From the NCBI GenBank assembly GCA_902518715.1, contig CABYHU010000002.1, forward strand, positions 129,821 through 193,820: 64,000 nt of DNA, given 5' to 3'. A program made the position numbers and the translations under genes. This document shows positions 55,696-64,000 of this stretch, one piece after another. Under the pieces are notes generated by a model. The model worked only from the letters and a program-made list of their open reading frames with translations. It was not told the DNA's origin and did not search any database. Each line of letters opens with the position of its first letter. Positions within the stretch are counted from its first letter, which is position 1. The DNA comes from an uncultured SAR86 cluster bacterium. GTDB lineage: Bacteria > Pseudomonadota > Gammaproteobacteria > Magnimaribacterales > D2472.

Positions 55696-56832
55696 TTAGC
55701 CTCCTAAAGCCTCAATTGACGGGAGTAATTTGCCTTCCATATATTCTAAAAAAGCCCCTCCACCTGTTGAACAGTATGATACCTCATCTTTATTAATAAA
55801 TTTATTTATAGCAGCTATAGTTTCTCCACCTCCAGCAAGCGAAAAAGCCTCAGACCCTGCAATAGTTTTAGCTAATTGATGTGTGCCTTTTTGAAAAGGC
55901 TCTTTTTCAAAAACTCCTATTGGTCCATTCCATAAAATAGTTTTTGAGTTCTTAAGGATTTCCGACATATTGCTAGTTAAATTAATATCAAAAATCTTAT
56001 CCGAGCCACCAACAGAATCTATATTTTTAGTAGTTGAGGAATTGCTATCAATTGAATCAGAAACAATTACTTTATTTGGTAATATTATTTTGCCGGAATT
56101 AAAAAGCTCTTTAGCAATTTCAATCATGTCATTTTCTACCAAAGACTCTCCAACATCGAAGCCCTGAGATTTCAGAAAGGTATTAGCAATACCGCCGCCA
56201 ACAACAATGAAATCTGCTTTTGAGTTTAAATGAGCTATAAGTTCAAGCTTTGTTGAAATCTTTGAACCTGCGATTACAGCAGTGAATGGGTTTTCAATAG
56301 AGGTTAAAGCTTTATTAAGTGAATTAATCTCTTTCTCTAAGAGAAGTCCAGCACATGAAAACTTTGCTTGTTGAATTGCTGAGTGTGTGGAAGCCTGTTT
56401 ACGGTGAGCAGTTCCAAAAGCATCAAATATATAAACATCTCCTTTGTTTGCTAGCTGATTGCCTAGCTTTTCATTATTGTCTCTTTCACCGATAAGAAAT
56501 CTTAAATTTTCTAATAGTTGTATTTGAGTTGTATTAAAAATATCGCTGCTTTCTAGGGAATCAATAAGATCAATTTCATGGTTTAAGATTTCAGACAATT
56601 TTTCAGCGACCGGAGACATGGAGAACTCTTGATCAAACTTTCCTTCCTCGGGTCTGCCTAGATGTGATGTTAGAAGGACTTTACAATTTTTGTTTACGAG
56701 ATATTTTATTGTAGGTACTGAAGAAATGATTCTGGTTGAGTCTATAATTTGCTTGTCTTGAATGGGAACATTTAAATCTAATCTCACGACCACATTCTTA
56801 TTACTAAGATCTTGGTCTTTAAGTAATCTCAT
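55696..56832 (-). CDS. pgk: Phosphoglycerate kinase
   Basis: RLDLNVP, AHR and STGGGAFLE motifs. Confidence 0.95.
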   Translation of the reverse strand: MRLLKDQDLSNKNVVVRLDLNVPIQDKQIIDSTRIISSVPTIKYLVNKNCKVLLTSHLGRPEEGKFDQEFSMSPVAEKLSEILNHEIDLIDSLESSDIFNTTQIQLLENLRFLIGERDNNEKLGNQLANKGDVYIFDAFGTAHRKQASTHSAIQQAKFSCAGLLLEKEINSLNKALTSIENPFTAVIAGSKISTKLELIAHLNSKADFIVVGGGIANTFLKSQGFDVGESLVENDMIEIAKELFNSGKIILPNKVIVSDSIDSNSSTTKNIDSVGGSDKIFDINLTSNMSEILKNSKTILWNGPIGVFEKEPFQKGTHQLAKTIAGSEAFSLAGGGETIAAINKFINKDEVSYCSTGGGAFLEYMEGKLLPSIEALGG

Positions 56833-58814
56833 TTATTTAAAAGTTTTTTTGCCTTTGAAACAATATTCCCTGCTGTAAAGCCGAACTCTTCAAAAAGCAT
56901 TTTTGCAGGTGCAGACTCCCCAAATGTTGTCATCCCAATTACAAGGTCATCTCTTCCTAAAATTTTATACCATGAGTTTGGGTGGGCAGCCTCAACAACA
57001 ATGGAAGGCAAATCTTTTTGGATCACTTTATTTTGATATTCTAAATCCGCCTCAAGAAACCTATCTAAACACGGCATCGAAACCACATTTACCTTTATGC
57101 CCAACTGATCAAGATCTTTAGCTGCTTGAATGGCTAATTGCAGTTCGCTTCCAGAGGATATAATGTTTAGCTCTGCATCTTCGTCCTTTTGAACTAAATA
57201 TCCTCCCTTAGAGATATTAATAATCTTGTCCTCACTCATTTTGATCTGCGGAAGACCTTGCCTGCTGAGGATAAGACAGCTTGGAGATTTTGATAAAATT
57301 GACTCTTTCCATGCTACTGCTGTTTCTTTAAGATCAGCTGGCCTCCAATTGTATAAGTTTGGCGTTGCTCTGAGAGTAACCAAATGTTCGATAGGTTGAT
57401 GTGTTGGACCATCCTCACCTAAGCCGATTGAATCATGAGTAAAGACATATATATTTGGCAGACTCATCATTGCAGATAAACGCACTGCATTTCTTGCATA
57501 ATCCATAAATACTAGGAAGGTTCCTCCATATGGCCTAATACCTCCATGGAGACTCATTCCATTCATGATAGTAACCATGCCGAACTCTCTTACGCCATAG
57601 TAAATATGTGATCCGCTAGGATTGTCGGGAGTAAGTTCAGTATTATGTTTAGAAAAAGTATTATTAGATCCTGTTAAATCGGCAGAACCACCAATTAGCT
57701 CAGGTAAGTCAGCACAAAAATGATCAAGACAAATTTGAGATGCTTTTCTGGTTGCGATCGGATCTTCTTGTAATGAACAATCTCTTAAAAATTCAACAAA
57801 TCTTTCATTAAATTCATGAGTCATCTCTGAATTAAATCTTCTCTCCAGTTCATTGGATTCCTCTGGATATTTTTGTTTATAAGTTTCCAGGAGATCTTCC
57901 CAGACTTTTTCTTTTTTGGCGCCCTCATCTTTTGCATTCCAGGCATCGTAAATATCTTCAGGTATTTCAAAAGGGGCATGCTCCCAATTAAGCTCTTTCC
58001 TGGTTATTTCAATTTCGTCGTCGCCTAACGGACTTCCGTGAACTCCAGCAGTTCCTGATTTATTTGGCGAGCCAAAACCAATAGTTGTCTTGCAGCAAAT
58101 CATTGATGGTCTTTCAGTTTCTTTCTTAGCTTCTTCAGTAGCTTTATTAATTTCATCTATATCATGGCCATCAATTTCAACTACATGCCACCCATAGCTT
58201 TCAAACCTTTGTTTTGTATTATCGGTAAACCATAGATCAATTTCTCCATCTATGGATATTCCATTTTGATCATAAAAACATATGAGTTTTCCGAGTTTAT
58301 GTGTTCCTGCAAAAGAGCAAACCTCATGAGAAATACCTTCCATTAGACAGCCGTCGCCAAGAAAAGCATAAGTAAAATGGTCTATTATTTTTATATCTTC
58401 TTTGTTAAATGTTGCAGCAAGATTCTTTTCGGCTAGAGCCATTCCTACAGCATTCCCAATTCCTTGTCCAAGTGGACCAGTAGTTGTTTCAACTCCGATA
58501 TCGATATCATACTCGGGGTGACCTGGTGTTTTTGATTTAAGTTTTCTGAAGTCTTTTAAGTCATTGATGTTAAGGTCATATCCTGTTAAATGTAAAAGAC
58601 TATAAAGCAACATCGAACCATGGCCATTTGAAAGAACAAACCTGTCTCTATTAATCCATTTAGGATTAGAAGGGTTATGCTTTAAGTTATTTTTCCAAAG
58701 AGATACGGCAATATCAGCCATGCCCATTGGCATGCCGGGATGTCCACTTTTTGCTGCTTGCACAGCATCAATAGAGAGAAAGCGAATTGCATTTGCTAGA
58801 TTATGATTTTCCAA
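56829..58814 (-). CDS. tkt: Transketolase
   Basis: SGHPGMPMG and the TPP-binding GDGCLMEG motif, plus THDSIGLGEDGPTHQP. 661 aa. Confidence 0.96.
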   Translation of the reverse strand: MENHNLANAIRFLSIDAVQAAKSGHPGMPMGMADIAVSLWKNNLKHNPSNPKWINRDRFVLSNGHGSMLLYSLLHLTGYDLNINDLKDFRKLKSKTPGHPEYDIDIGVETTTGPLGQGIGNAVGMALAEKNLAATFNKEDIKIIDHFTYAFLGDGCLMEGISHEVCSFAGTHKLGKLICFYDQNGISIDGEIDLWFTDNTKQRFESYGWHVVEIDGHDIDEINKATEEAKKETERPSMICCKTTIGFGSPNKSGTAGVHGSPLGDDEIEITRKELNWEHAPFEIPEDIYDAWNAKDEGAKKEKVWEDLLETYKQKYPEESNELERRFNSEMTHEFNERFVEFLRDCSLQEDPIATRKASQICLDHFCADLPELIGGSADLTGSNNTFSKHNTELTPDNPSGSHIYYGVREFGMVTIMNGMSLHGGIRPYGGTFLVFMDYARNAVRLSAMMSLPNIYVFTHDSIGLGEDGPTHQPIEHLVTLRATPNLYNWRPADLKETAVAWKESILSKSPSCLILSRQGLPQIKMSEDKIINISKGGYLVQKDEDAELNIISSGSELQLAIQAAKDLDQLGIKVNVVSMPCLDRFLEADLEYQNKVIQKDLPSIVVEAAHPNSWYKILGRDDLVIGMTTFGESAPAKMLFEEFGFTAGNIVSKAKKLLNK

Positions 58815-58886
58815 TTTCTAGATATCCTCGAATAATGTAATCATAATATGAAGTTGAGGGTATTTATATACGTAAGTAGCATCAAA

Positions 58887-58915
58887 TTGCATTAATTTAG
58901 GCATGCTTATAAAAT
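58887..58915 (+). promoter_or_regulatory. Candidate sigma70 promoter for metK-ahcY
   Basis: TTGCAT (58887-58892), a 17-nt spacer, then TAAAAT (58910-58915). This would give a leader of roughly 55-60 nt. Sequence-only in AT-rich DNA. Confidence 0.3.
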
Positions 58916-58938
58916 ACACATATAAACAGAGATTTCAG

Positions 58939-58966
58939 TTTCTTGCAAGCTTAATCTGCTAAGAAA
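58939..58966 (+). promoter_or_regulatory. Leader stem-loop abutting the metK Shine-Dalgarno
   Basis: UUUCUUGCA - AGCUUAAUC - UGC(U)AAGAAA gives 9 bp with a 1-nt bulge. It ends 1 nt before the AAGGA SD (58968-58972). Confidence 0.35.
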
Positions 58967-58978
58967 CAAGGATAAATT

Positions 58979-60130
58979 ATGGGTTATATATTTACATCTG
59001 AATCCGTTTCAGAAGGGCATCCTGACAAAGTTTGTGATCAAATTTCTGATGCTATTCTTGATTCTTATCTTGCACAAGATCCAAATAGTAGAGTTGCTTG
59101 TGAAACACTTATTAAAAATAATACAGTTATTGTTGCTGGCGAAATTACATCCAATGGCACGCCAAATATAGAAGAGGTAATAAGAAATACCGTTAATGAA
59201 ATTGGTTATAATCATGATGATTTAGGCTTCAATGGAAATAACTGTGAAATCCAAAACCTAATTTCAAAACAATCGCCAGATATTGCTCAAGGTGTTAATG
59301 AGGGTGAGGGTGAAGATCTAGATCAAGGCGCTGGTGACCAAGGGCTTATGTTTGGATATGCATGTTCTGAAACTCCAGTTCTAATGCCTGCCCCAATTAA
59401 TTTATCTCATGAGCTCGTCTTAAAACAATCCGAAGTAAGAAAGAGTGGTGAACTAAGCTGGCTTAGACCAGATGCTAAAAGTCAAGTTAGTGTTGTTTAT
59501 AAAGATGATAGAAAAACTGTAGATTATGTTTCTGCTATTGTTTTATCGACTCAACATGACGAAGATATTTCTCAAGATGAAATTAAAGCAAAAGTACGCG
59601 AGAAAATTATTAATCCGATAATTCCAACTGAATGGATTAAAGAGGATACAAAAATATATATAAATCCAACTGGTAAGTTTGTAATTGGTGGTCCTGTCGG
59701 TGATTGTGGCCTAACTGGAAGAAAGATTATCGTCGATACTTATGGAGGAATGGCAAGGCATGGTGGTGGTGCATTTTCAGGAAAAGATCCATCAAAGGTA
59801 GACAGGTCTGCTGCTTATGCTTGCAGATATGTTGCAAAAAATATTGTTGCTGCTGGTCTTGCTGAAAGATGTGAAGTACAAGTTTCTTATGCGATAGGTA
59901 TTGCTGAACCGACATCAATTACTGTTGATACTCTTGGAACAGGCAACTTGTCTGAAAATGAGATTTCACAGATTGTTAGAGACAATTTTGATCTAAGACC
60001 AAAGAACCTAATCAATCTTCTTGATTTAAAGAGGCCAATATATAAAAATACTGCCTCCTATGGGCATTTTGGTAGGGAAAATAAAGATTTTTCATGGGAA
60101 AATACTGATATCTCAAGCCAAATTAAATAA
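58979..60130 (+). CDS. metK: S-adenosylmethionine synthase
   Basis: [17 protein letters not shown] and GGGAFSGKD motifs. Confidence 0.97.
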   Translation: MGYIFTSESVSEGHPDKVCDQISDAILDSYLAQDPNSRVACETLIKNNTVIVAGEITSNGTPNIEEVIRNTVNEIGYNHDDLGFNGNNCEIQNLISKQSPDIAQGVNEGEGEDLDQGAGDQGLMFGYACSETPVLMPAPINLSHELVLKQSEVRKSGELSWLRPDAKSQVSVVYKDDRKTVDYVSAIVLSTQHDEDISQDEIKAKVREKIINPIIPTEWIKEDTKIYINPTGKFVIGGPVGDCGLTGRKIIVDTYGGMARHGGGAFSGKDPSKVDRSAAYACRYVAKNIVAAGLAERCEVQVSYAIGIAEPTSITVDTLGTGNLSENEISQIVRDNFDLRPKNLINLLDLKRPIYKNTASYGHFGRENKDFSWENTDISSQIK

Positions 60131-60147
60131 CTATAAAAGGAACTATT

Positions 60148-61542
60148 ATGAGTAATGACTACAAAGTAGCTGATATCGAACTTGCTGATTTTGGAAGAAG
60201 AGAAATTTCTCTTGCTGAAAATGAAATGCCTGCGCTAATGGCACTAAGGGAGAAATACAAAGCTGAGCAACCTCTCGCTGGCGCAAAAATTATGGGCTGT
60301 ATTCATATGACTATCCAAACCGCAGTATTAATGGAAACATTAGTTGATCTTGGAGCTGAGCTTAGATGGTCAGGGTGTAATATTTTTTCAACTCAAGATC
60401 ATGCTGCTGCAGCTATGGCAAAAGCTGGTATCCCAGTTTTTGCATGGAAAGGACAAACCGACGAAGAATTTGATTGGTGTATTGAGCAAACAATCCTAAA
60501 AGATGGAAAACCATGGGATGCGAACATGATCTTAGATGATGGAGGAGATCTTACTCATATGGTTCATACAAGATTTGTAGAAATGCTTGAAACAATCCAT
60601 GGAATATCGGAGGAAACCACTACAGGAGTTCATAGACTCAAAGCAATGCTTGAAAAAGGTGAGCTTAAGGTTCCGGCTATTAATGTAAATGACTCTGTAA
60701 CAAAGGCAAAAAATGATAATAAGTATGGTTGTAGACATAGTCTTAATGACGGAATAAAACGAGGAACTGATATGCTCCTTTCAGGTAAAAAAGCACTTGT
60801 CATTGGCTATGGTGACGTTGGAAAAGGATCAGCAGCAAGTCTTGCTCAAGAAGGAATGGTAGTTAGAGTTACTGAGTCTGATCCAATATGTGCTATGCAA
60901 GCTTGTATGGATGGCTTTTCAGTAGTTTCATGTTATTCCAGTGGAAAAGTAACAGGAAATACAGACGACATTAATAAGGATTTAATGCAAGATACTGATG
61001 TATTGGTTACCACAACGGGTAATGTAAATGTCTGTGATTCAGCAATGCTTTCAACGCTTAAGGATGGGGCTGTTGTATGTAATATTGGCCATTTTGATAC
61101 CGAAATAGATACAAAATATATGCAGGAAAAATGGTATTGGGAAGAAGTAAAGCCACAAGTTCATAGAATATTCAGAGATTGTTCGCCTGATCAGGAGCCT
61201 GACTTATCAAGCAAGAATTATCTAATACTTTTAGCCGAAGGAAGACTGGTGAACCTTGGAAATGCCACAGGTCATCCAAGCAGAATTATGGATGGCTCAT
61301 TTGCCAACCAAGTTCTTGCCCAAATGCATCTCTTCTCAGCTGGTTTTGCAAATGTAAATGATGAAGATAAAAAGAAAGAATTAATTCAAGTAGAGGTCCT
61401 TCCTAAAAAACTTGATGAGGAAGTTGCCTCCCTTATGGTTCAAGGTTTTGGTGGTGTTGTTACAAAGCTTACTGAAGAGCAAGCTGATTACATAAATGTC
61501 CCGCAAGATGGTCCTTTCAAAGAAGATTCTTATAAGTACTAG
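60148..61542 (+). CDS. ahcY: Adenosylhomocysteinase
   Basis: SCNIFSTQD, the NAD-binding [10 protein letters not shown] and the long insertion typical of bacterial SahH. 464 aa. Confidence 0.96.
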   Translation: MSNDYKVADIELADFGRREISLAENEMPALMALREKYKAEQPLAGAKIMGCIHMTIQTAVLMETLVDLGAELRWSGCNIFSTQDHAAAAMAKAGIPVFAWKGQTDEEFDWCIEQTILKDGKPWDANMILDDGGDLTHMVHTRFVEMLETIHGISEETTTGVHRLKAMLEKGELKVPAINVNDSVTKAKNDNKYGCRHSLNDGIKRGTDMLLSGKKALVIGYGDVGKGSAASLAQEGMVVRVTESDPICAMQACMDGFSVVSCYSSGKVTGNTDDINKDLMQDTDVLVTTTGNVNVCDSAMLSTLKDGAVVCNIGHFDTEIDTKYMQEKWYWEEVKPQVHRIFRDCSPDQEPDLSSKNYLILLAEGRLVNLGNATGHPSRIMDGSFANQVLAQMHLFSAGFANVNDEDKKKELIQVEVLPKKLDEEVASLMVQGFGGVVTKLTEEQADYINVPQDGPFKEDSYKY

Positions 61543-61583
61543 AGGATAAAAGGCTTATATCCTAAAATTGCTTATAATAAATT

Positions 61584-62213
61584 ATGAGCAATAAAATAAA
61601 CGATAAGGATGTTGAACTTTATCTTTTAAAAAATACTGATTTTTTTCTTACAAGAGAGTCAATAGTTAGTGAGCTTAGTTTTAAACACTCGCCTGGAAAA
61701 GCTGAATCTTTACTAGAGAGACAGGTAAGGAAACTTAGAAGTGAACAAAAAGATCTTCTGGATAGCCTCTCCGTTTTTTTATCGAATGCTTCTGAAAATG
61801 AAGACTTGTTCTCAAAATCAAAAGCTTTAGTTCTAAAAGTAGTAACTGCAGAAGATGAAGATACATTAATTGAATTAATGCCCAAAAGTTTAAAAAAAAT
61901 ATTTGATGTTGATGCAGCCTATTTAAAATTTTTTACTAATAGTGAAATGAATGGTCTTGAGGAAAGTACTGGGATGACTTTTTCTGCGGGTGAAACAAAA
62001 CACGGTAGTTTTGCGACTGAAAAAATTCAAATCCTTTTCGGGGATGATTCTATTAAGTCAGTTGTAATAAGCGTTTTTAAAAACAAGAATAAAATTGGGT
62101 TGCTGCTTATTGGCTCGAAAGACAAAACTAGATATCTAGGAGATGAGGATACAACTTTTATTGAGTTTATAAGAGATATAGCTGAAGCCAAACTAAAGAC
62201 TTTTCCAGCTTAA
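61584..62213 (+). CDS. DUF484-family protein (YigA-like)
   Basis: Its position immediately upstream of xerC, abutting it, matches the conserved yigA-xerC-yigB arrangement. An N-terminal coiled region is followed by a GAF-like C-terminal half. Confidence 0.65.
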   Translation: MSNKINDKDVELYLLKNTDFFLTRESIVSELSFKHSPGKAESLLERQVRKLRSEQKDLLDSLSVFLSNASENEDLFSKSKALVLKVVTAEDEDTLIELMPKSLKKIFDVDAAYLKFFTNSEMNGLEESTGMTFSAGETKHGSFATEKIQILFGDDSIKSVVISVFKNKNKIGLLLIGSKDKTRYLGDEDTTFIEFIRDIAEAKLKTFPA

Positions 62214-63109
62214 TGTCTAAAAAATTCTTCATTGATAATCTAATTGATGACTATTTAGTTTTTTTAAAAGATATTAAAAATCTTTCAGATAATTCCATAA
62301 AAGCGTACGAAAGGGATATTTTGAAATTTAGGAACTTTCTTATATCTAACAAAATTAATAAATTAAATGATATATCTGAAGAAATATGCAGTTCATGGAT
62401 AGGCTCTCTCTATTCTATGAATATCGGTGCAAGAAGCATTCAGCGACACCTGTCCTCTATTAAAGGTTTCTTTAAATATCTGCAAAAGAATCATCGAATT
62501 AATCAGTCCCCATTTGAACTTATCTCTGGACCAAAGATGGAAAAGAAACTTCCTGAGACTTTGACACCTGAACAAATTAATAGATTATTAGATTTTAAAC
62601 CTACCTCATTTATAGAAATAAGGGACTTAGCGATAATAGAATTAATGTATTCCTCAGGATTAAGGGTTTCTGAAACAGTTAATGTAAATATCCATGATTT
62701 TGAGGAAGGTAAGGATTTTTTAAGAGTCGTTGGTAAAGGATCGAAGACTCGGTTGGTTCCTTTGGGAAGATTTGCCATTAGTGCAATTGATAACTGGTTA
62801 GAAGAAAGAAAGAAAATAACTAATAAAGATGGAGCGCTATTCGTTAATAAAACTGGGGGCAGACTAACAACGCGTAGTATCCAACTTCGCTTAAAAAAGC
62901 TTGCAATAAAACAAGGACTTCCTCCTATTAATCCACATATGCTTAGGCATAGCTTTGCAACCCACATGCTTGAATCATCTGGAGACCTAAGGTCAATACA
63001 AGAACTATTAGGCCATAGTTCTTTATCAACCACTCAAATATATACAAACTTAGATTATCAACATCTTGTTAAGATTTATGATAAGTCACACCCAAGAGCA
63101 AAAAAATAA
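62213..63109 (+). CDS. xerC: Tyrosine recombinase XerC (chromosome dimer resolution)
   Basis: Catalytic residues in ELMYSSGLRVSE (Arg), HMLRHSFAT and LLGHSSLSTTQIYT (His ... Tyr). Housekeeping synteny with DUF484 and the HAD phosphatase. Confidence 0.9.
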   Translation: MSKKFFIDNLIDDYLVFLKDIKNLSDNSIKAYERDILKFRNFLISNKINKLNDISEEICSSWIGSLYSMNIGARSIQRHLSSIKGFFKYLQKNHRINQSPFELISGPKMEKKLPETLTPEQINRLLDFKPTSFIEIRDLAIIELMYSSGLRVSETVNVNIHDFEEGKDFLRVVGKGSKTRLVPLGRFAISAIDNWLEERKKITNKDGALFVNKTGGRLTTRSIQLRLKKLAIKQGLPPINPHMLRHSFATHMLESSGDLRSIQELLGHSSLSTTQIYTNLDYQHLVKIYDKSHPRAKK

Positions 63110-63111
63110 AC

Positions 63112-63819
63112 ATGAGTGAAAAAATTAAAGCCATAACTTTTGACCTTGATGACACATTCTGGGATGTAAAACCAGTATTAATAAATGCTGAGATGAAAAC
63201 CAGAAAATTTATAGAGGACAAGATTGGAAAATTAGAGTGGGGATCTTGGGAAGAATTCAAACTAATAAGAGAAAAGCTTATTATTGAAGATGCTTCATAT
63301 GAATTCGATGTTGGGAAACTCAGAAAAAAATTATTATTAATGAAAATACAGGAGCGTGTATCTGATGAAGAAACTGCAAATGAGCTATCAGAAAGTGCTT
63401 TTCAATTATTTTTTCAGGAAAGAAATAAAGTAGAGTTTTTTCCCTCTGTTTTGGATGAAATTGAGAAACTTTCTCAAATATATAAGTTGGGATGTCTAAC
63501 AAATGGTAATGCTAATATTGAAATAATTGGTATTAGTAAGTTTTTTAATTTTAATATTTCTTCAAAAGATGTAAGTGCAAACAAGCCGAGTGAAAATCAC
63601 TTCCATAAAGCAATTGAACTATTAGGAGTTAGTAAAGAAGAATTGTTGCATATTGGTGATCACAAAATTAATGATATGCACGGAGCAATTAGTTATGGCG
63701 TTCAAGCTCTTTGGTTTAATCCAAATAAAGAAATTTGGGATCTTGAGGGTGTAGAAAAACCTCCGGAGTTCAGCATATGGCAAGGGCTAACGGAAAAAAT
63801 CGATAGTCTTTACAGTTGA
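63112..63819 (+). CDS. HAD-superfamily phosphatase (YigB-like)
   Basis: Motif I ITFDLDDT, motif II CLTNG and motif IV GDHKINDMHGA. Position after xerC. Confidence 0.8.
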   Translation: MSEKIKAITFDLDDTFWDVKPVLINAEMKTRKFIEDKIGKLEWGSWEEFKLIREKLIIEDASYEFDVGKLRKKLLLMKIQERVSDEETANELSESAFQLFFQERNKVEFFPSVLDEIEKLSQIYKLGCLTNGNANIEIIGISKFFNFNISSKDVSANKPSENHFHKAIELLGVSKEELLHIGDHKINDMHGAISYGVQALWFNPNKEIWDLEGVEKPPEFSIWQGLTEKIDSLYS

Positions 63820-64000
63820 TTTAGATAGCCTTGAAGTCTGTCATTATTCATTAAGAAATTCGCACTATAGCTCGAAGCTGCATTTCTAATCTCTTCCATA
63901 TTGACTGCCTCGCCAACCTGAATAACTCCAACCATTGCCATAATAAGATGAGGGTCACATTGGTAGACATAAACGCCCTCGGTATCCAAAGTAACACTTA
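63810..64000 (-). CDS. 3' end of an unidentified gene that continues beyond the window
   Basis: The minus-strand frame is open from the window edge to TAA (63812-63810). It reads ...TLDTEGVYVYQCDPHLIMAMVGVIQVGEAVNMEEIRNAASSYSANFLMNNDRLQGYLNQL. Codon usage looks coding. No family recognised. Confidence 0.4.
   Translation of the reverse strand, partial: SVTLDTEGVYVYQCDPHLIMAMVGVIQVGEAVNMEEIRNAASSYSANFLMNNDRLQGYLNQL

Noticed and set aside
61543-61563. Hairpin AGGATA-aaaggctta-TATCCT right after ahcY as a terminator
   Set aside because: The stem is only 6 bp and AT-rich, with a 9-nt loop. It is followed by AAAATTGC rather than a U-tract, so it is not convincing.
62503-63033. A 176-aa ORF antisense to xerC, unusually long for AT-rich DNA
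   Set aside because: It lies entirely inside a well-supported xerC reading frame. Its Ser/Leu/Pro-rich, low-complexity composition is typical of the complementary frame of a real gene. It has no SD or recognisable motifs.
62213-63109. A tyrosine recombinase as a possible marker of an integrated mobile element
   Set aside because: The DUF484-xerC-HAD(yigB-like) order is the conserved housekeeping XerC context. No att-like repeats, excisionase or cargo genes are nearby.

Overview
This is a visibly AT-rich (not computed), extremely compact chromosomal segment. It looks like a streamlined marine gammaproteobacterium; that taxonomic call is an inference from gene order and composition. Almost everything is conserved housekeeping, arranged in classic gammaproteobacterial blocks:
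- tyrS / putA
- anmK / erpA / hemG / thiE-hemL
- pcnB and acs
- nnrD(yjeF_C)-tsaE-amiB and priA / rpmE
- pepP-ubiH diverging from zapA-ssrS-ygfA
- ilvA / rpiA
- miaB-ybeZ-ybeY-corC-lnt and orn / rsgA
- ubiE-ubiB-tatABC
- tkt-pgk-fba, metK-ahcY and DUF484-xerC-yigB-like

I call about 63 protein genes, two of them cut by the window edges. Three features are missing from the ORF track: tatA (54 aa), tRNA-Ile(GAU), and a 6S RNA between zapA and the 5-formyl-THF cyclo-ligase gene. I also call one clear Fur box and one clear intrinsic terminator.

I see no CRISPR array, transposase, phage gene or recognisable defence island. I cannot honestly point to a novel multi-gene system here.

The observations most worth a second look are local:
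1. A 758-codon DUF5916/CBM9-like secreted protein has a signal peptide and N-terminal domain with no canonical start codon. It probably starts at AUU, with a perfect SD, coupled to the upstream gene.
2. A 35-nt tandem duplication of the L31 start region creates a 10-codon uORF that mimics the L31 N-terminus.
3. A Zn-independent (type B) L31 is fused into an operon with L28 at the canonical priA-rpmE locus.
4. A 268-bp intergenic region upstream of the glutathione peroxidase gene is unusually large and GC-rich for this genome. It holds two strong hairpins, an unannotated 25-aa hydrophobic ORF and a terminator-shaped hairpin on the opposite strand.
5. A membrane-anchored paraoxonase-like beta-propeller sits inside a small hydrolase cluster.
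6. A 5'-truncated protein carries a cupredoxin-like copper site.

All homology statements come from reading motifs by eye and from memory of family signatures. No searches were run.
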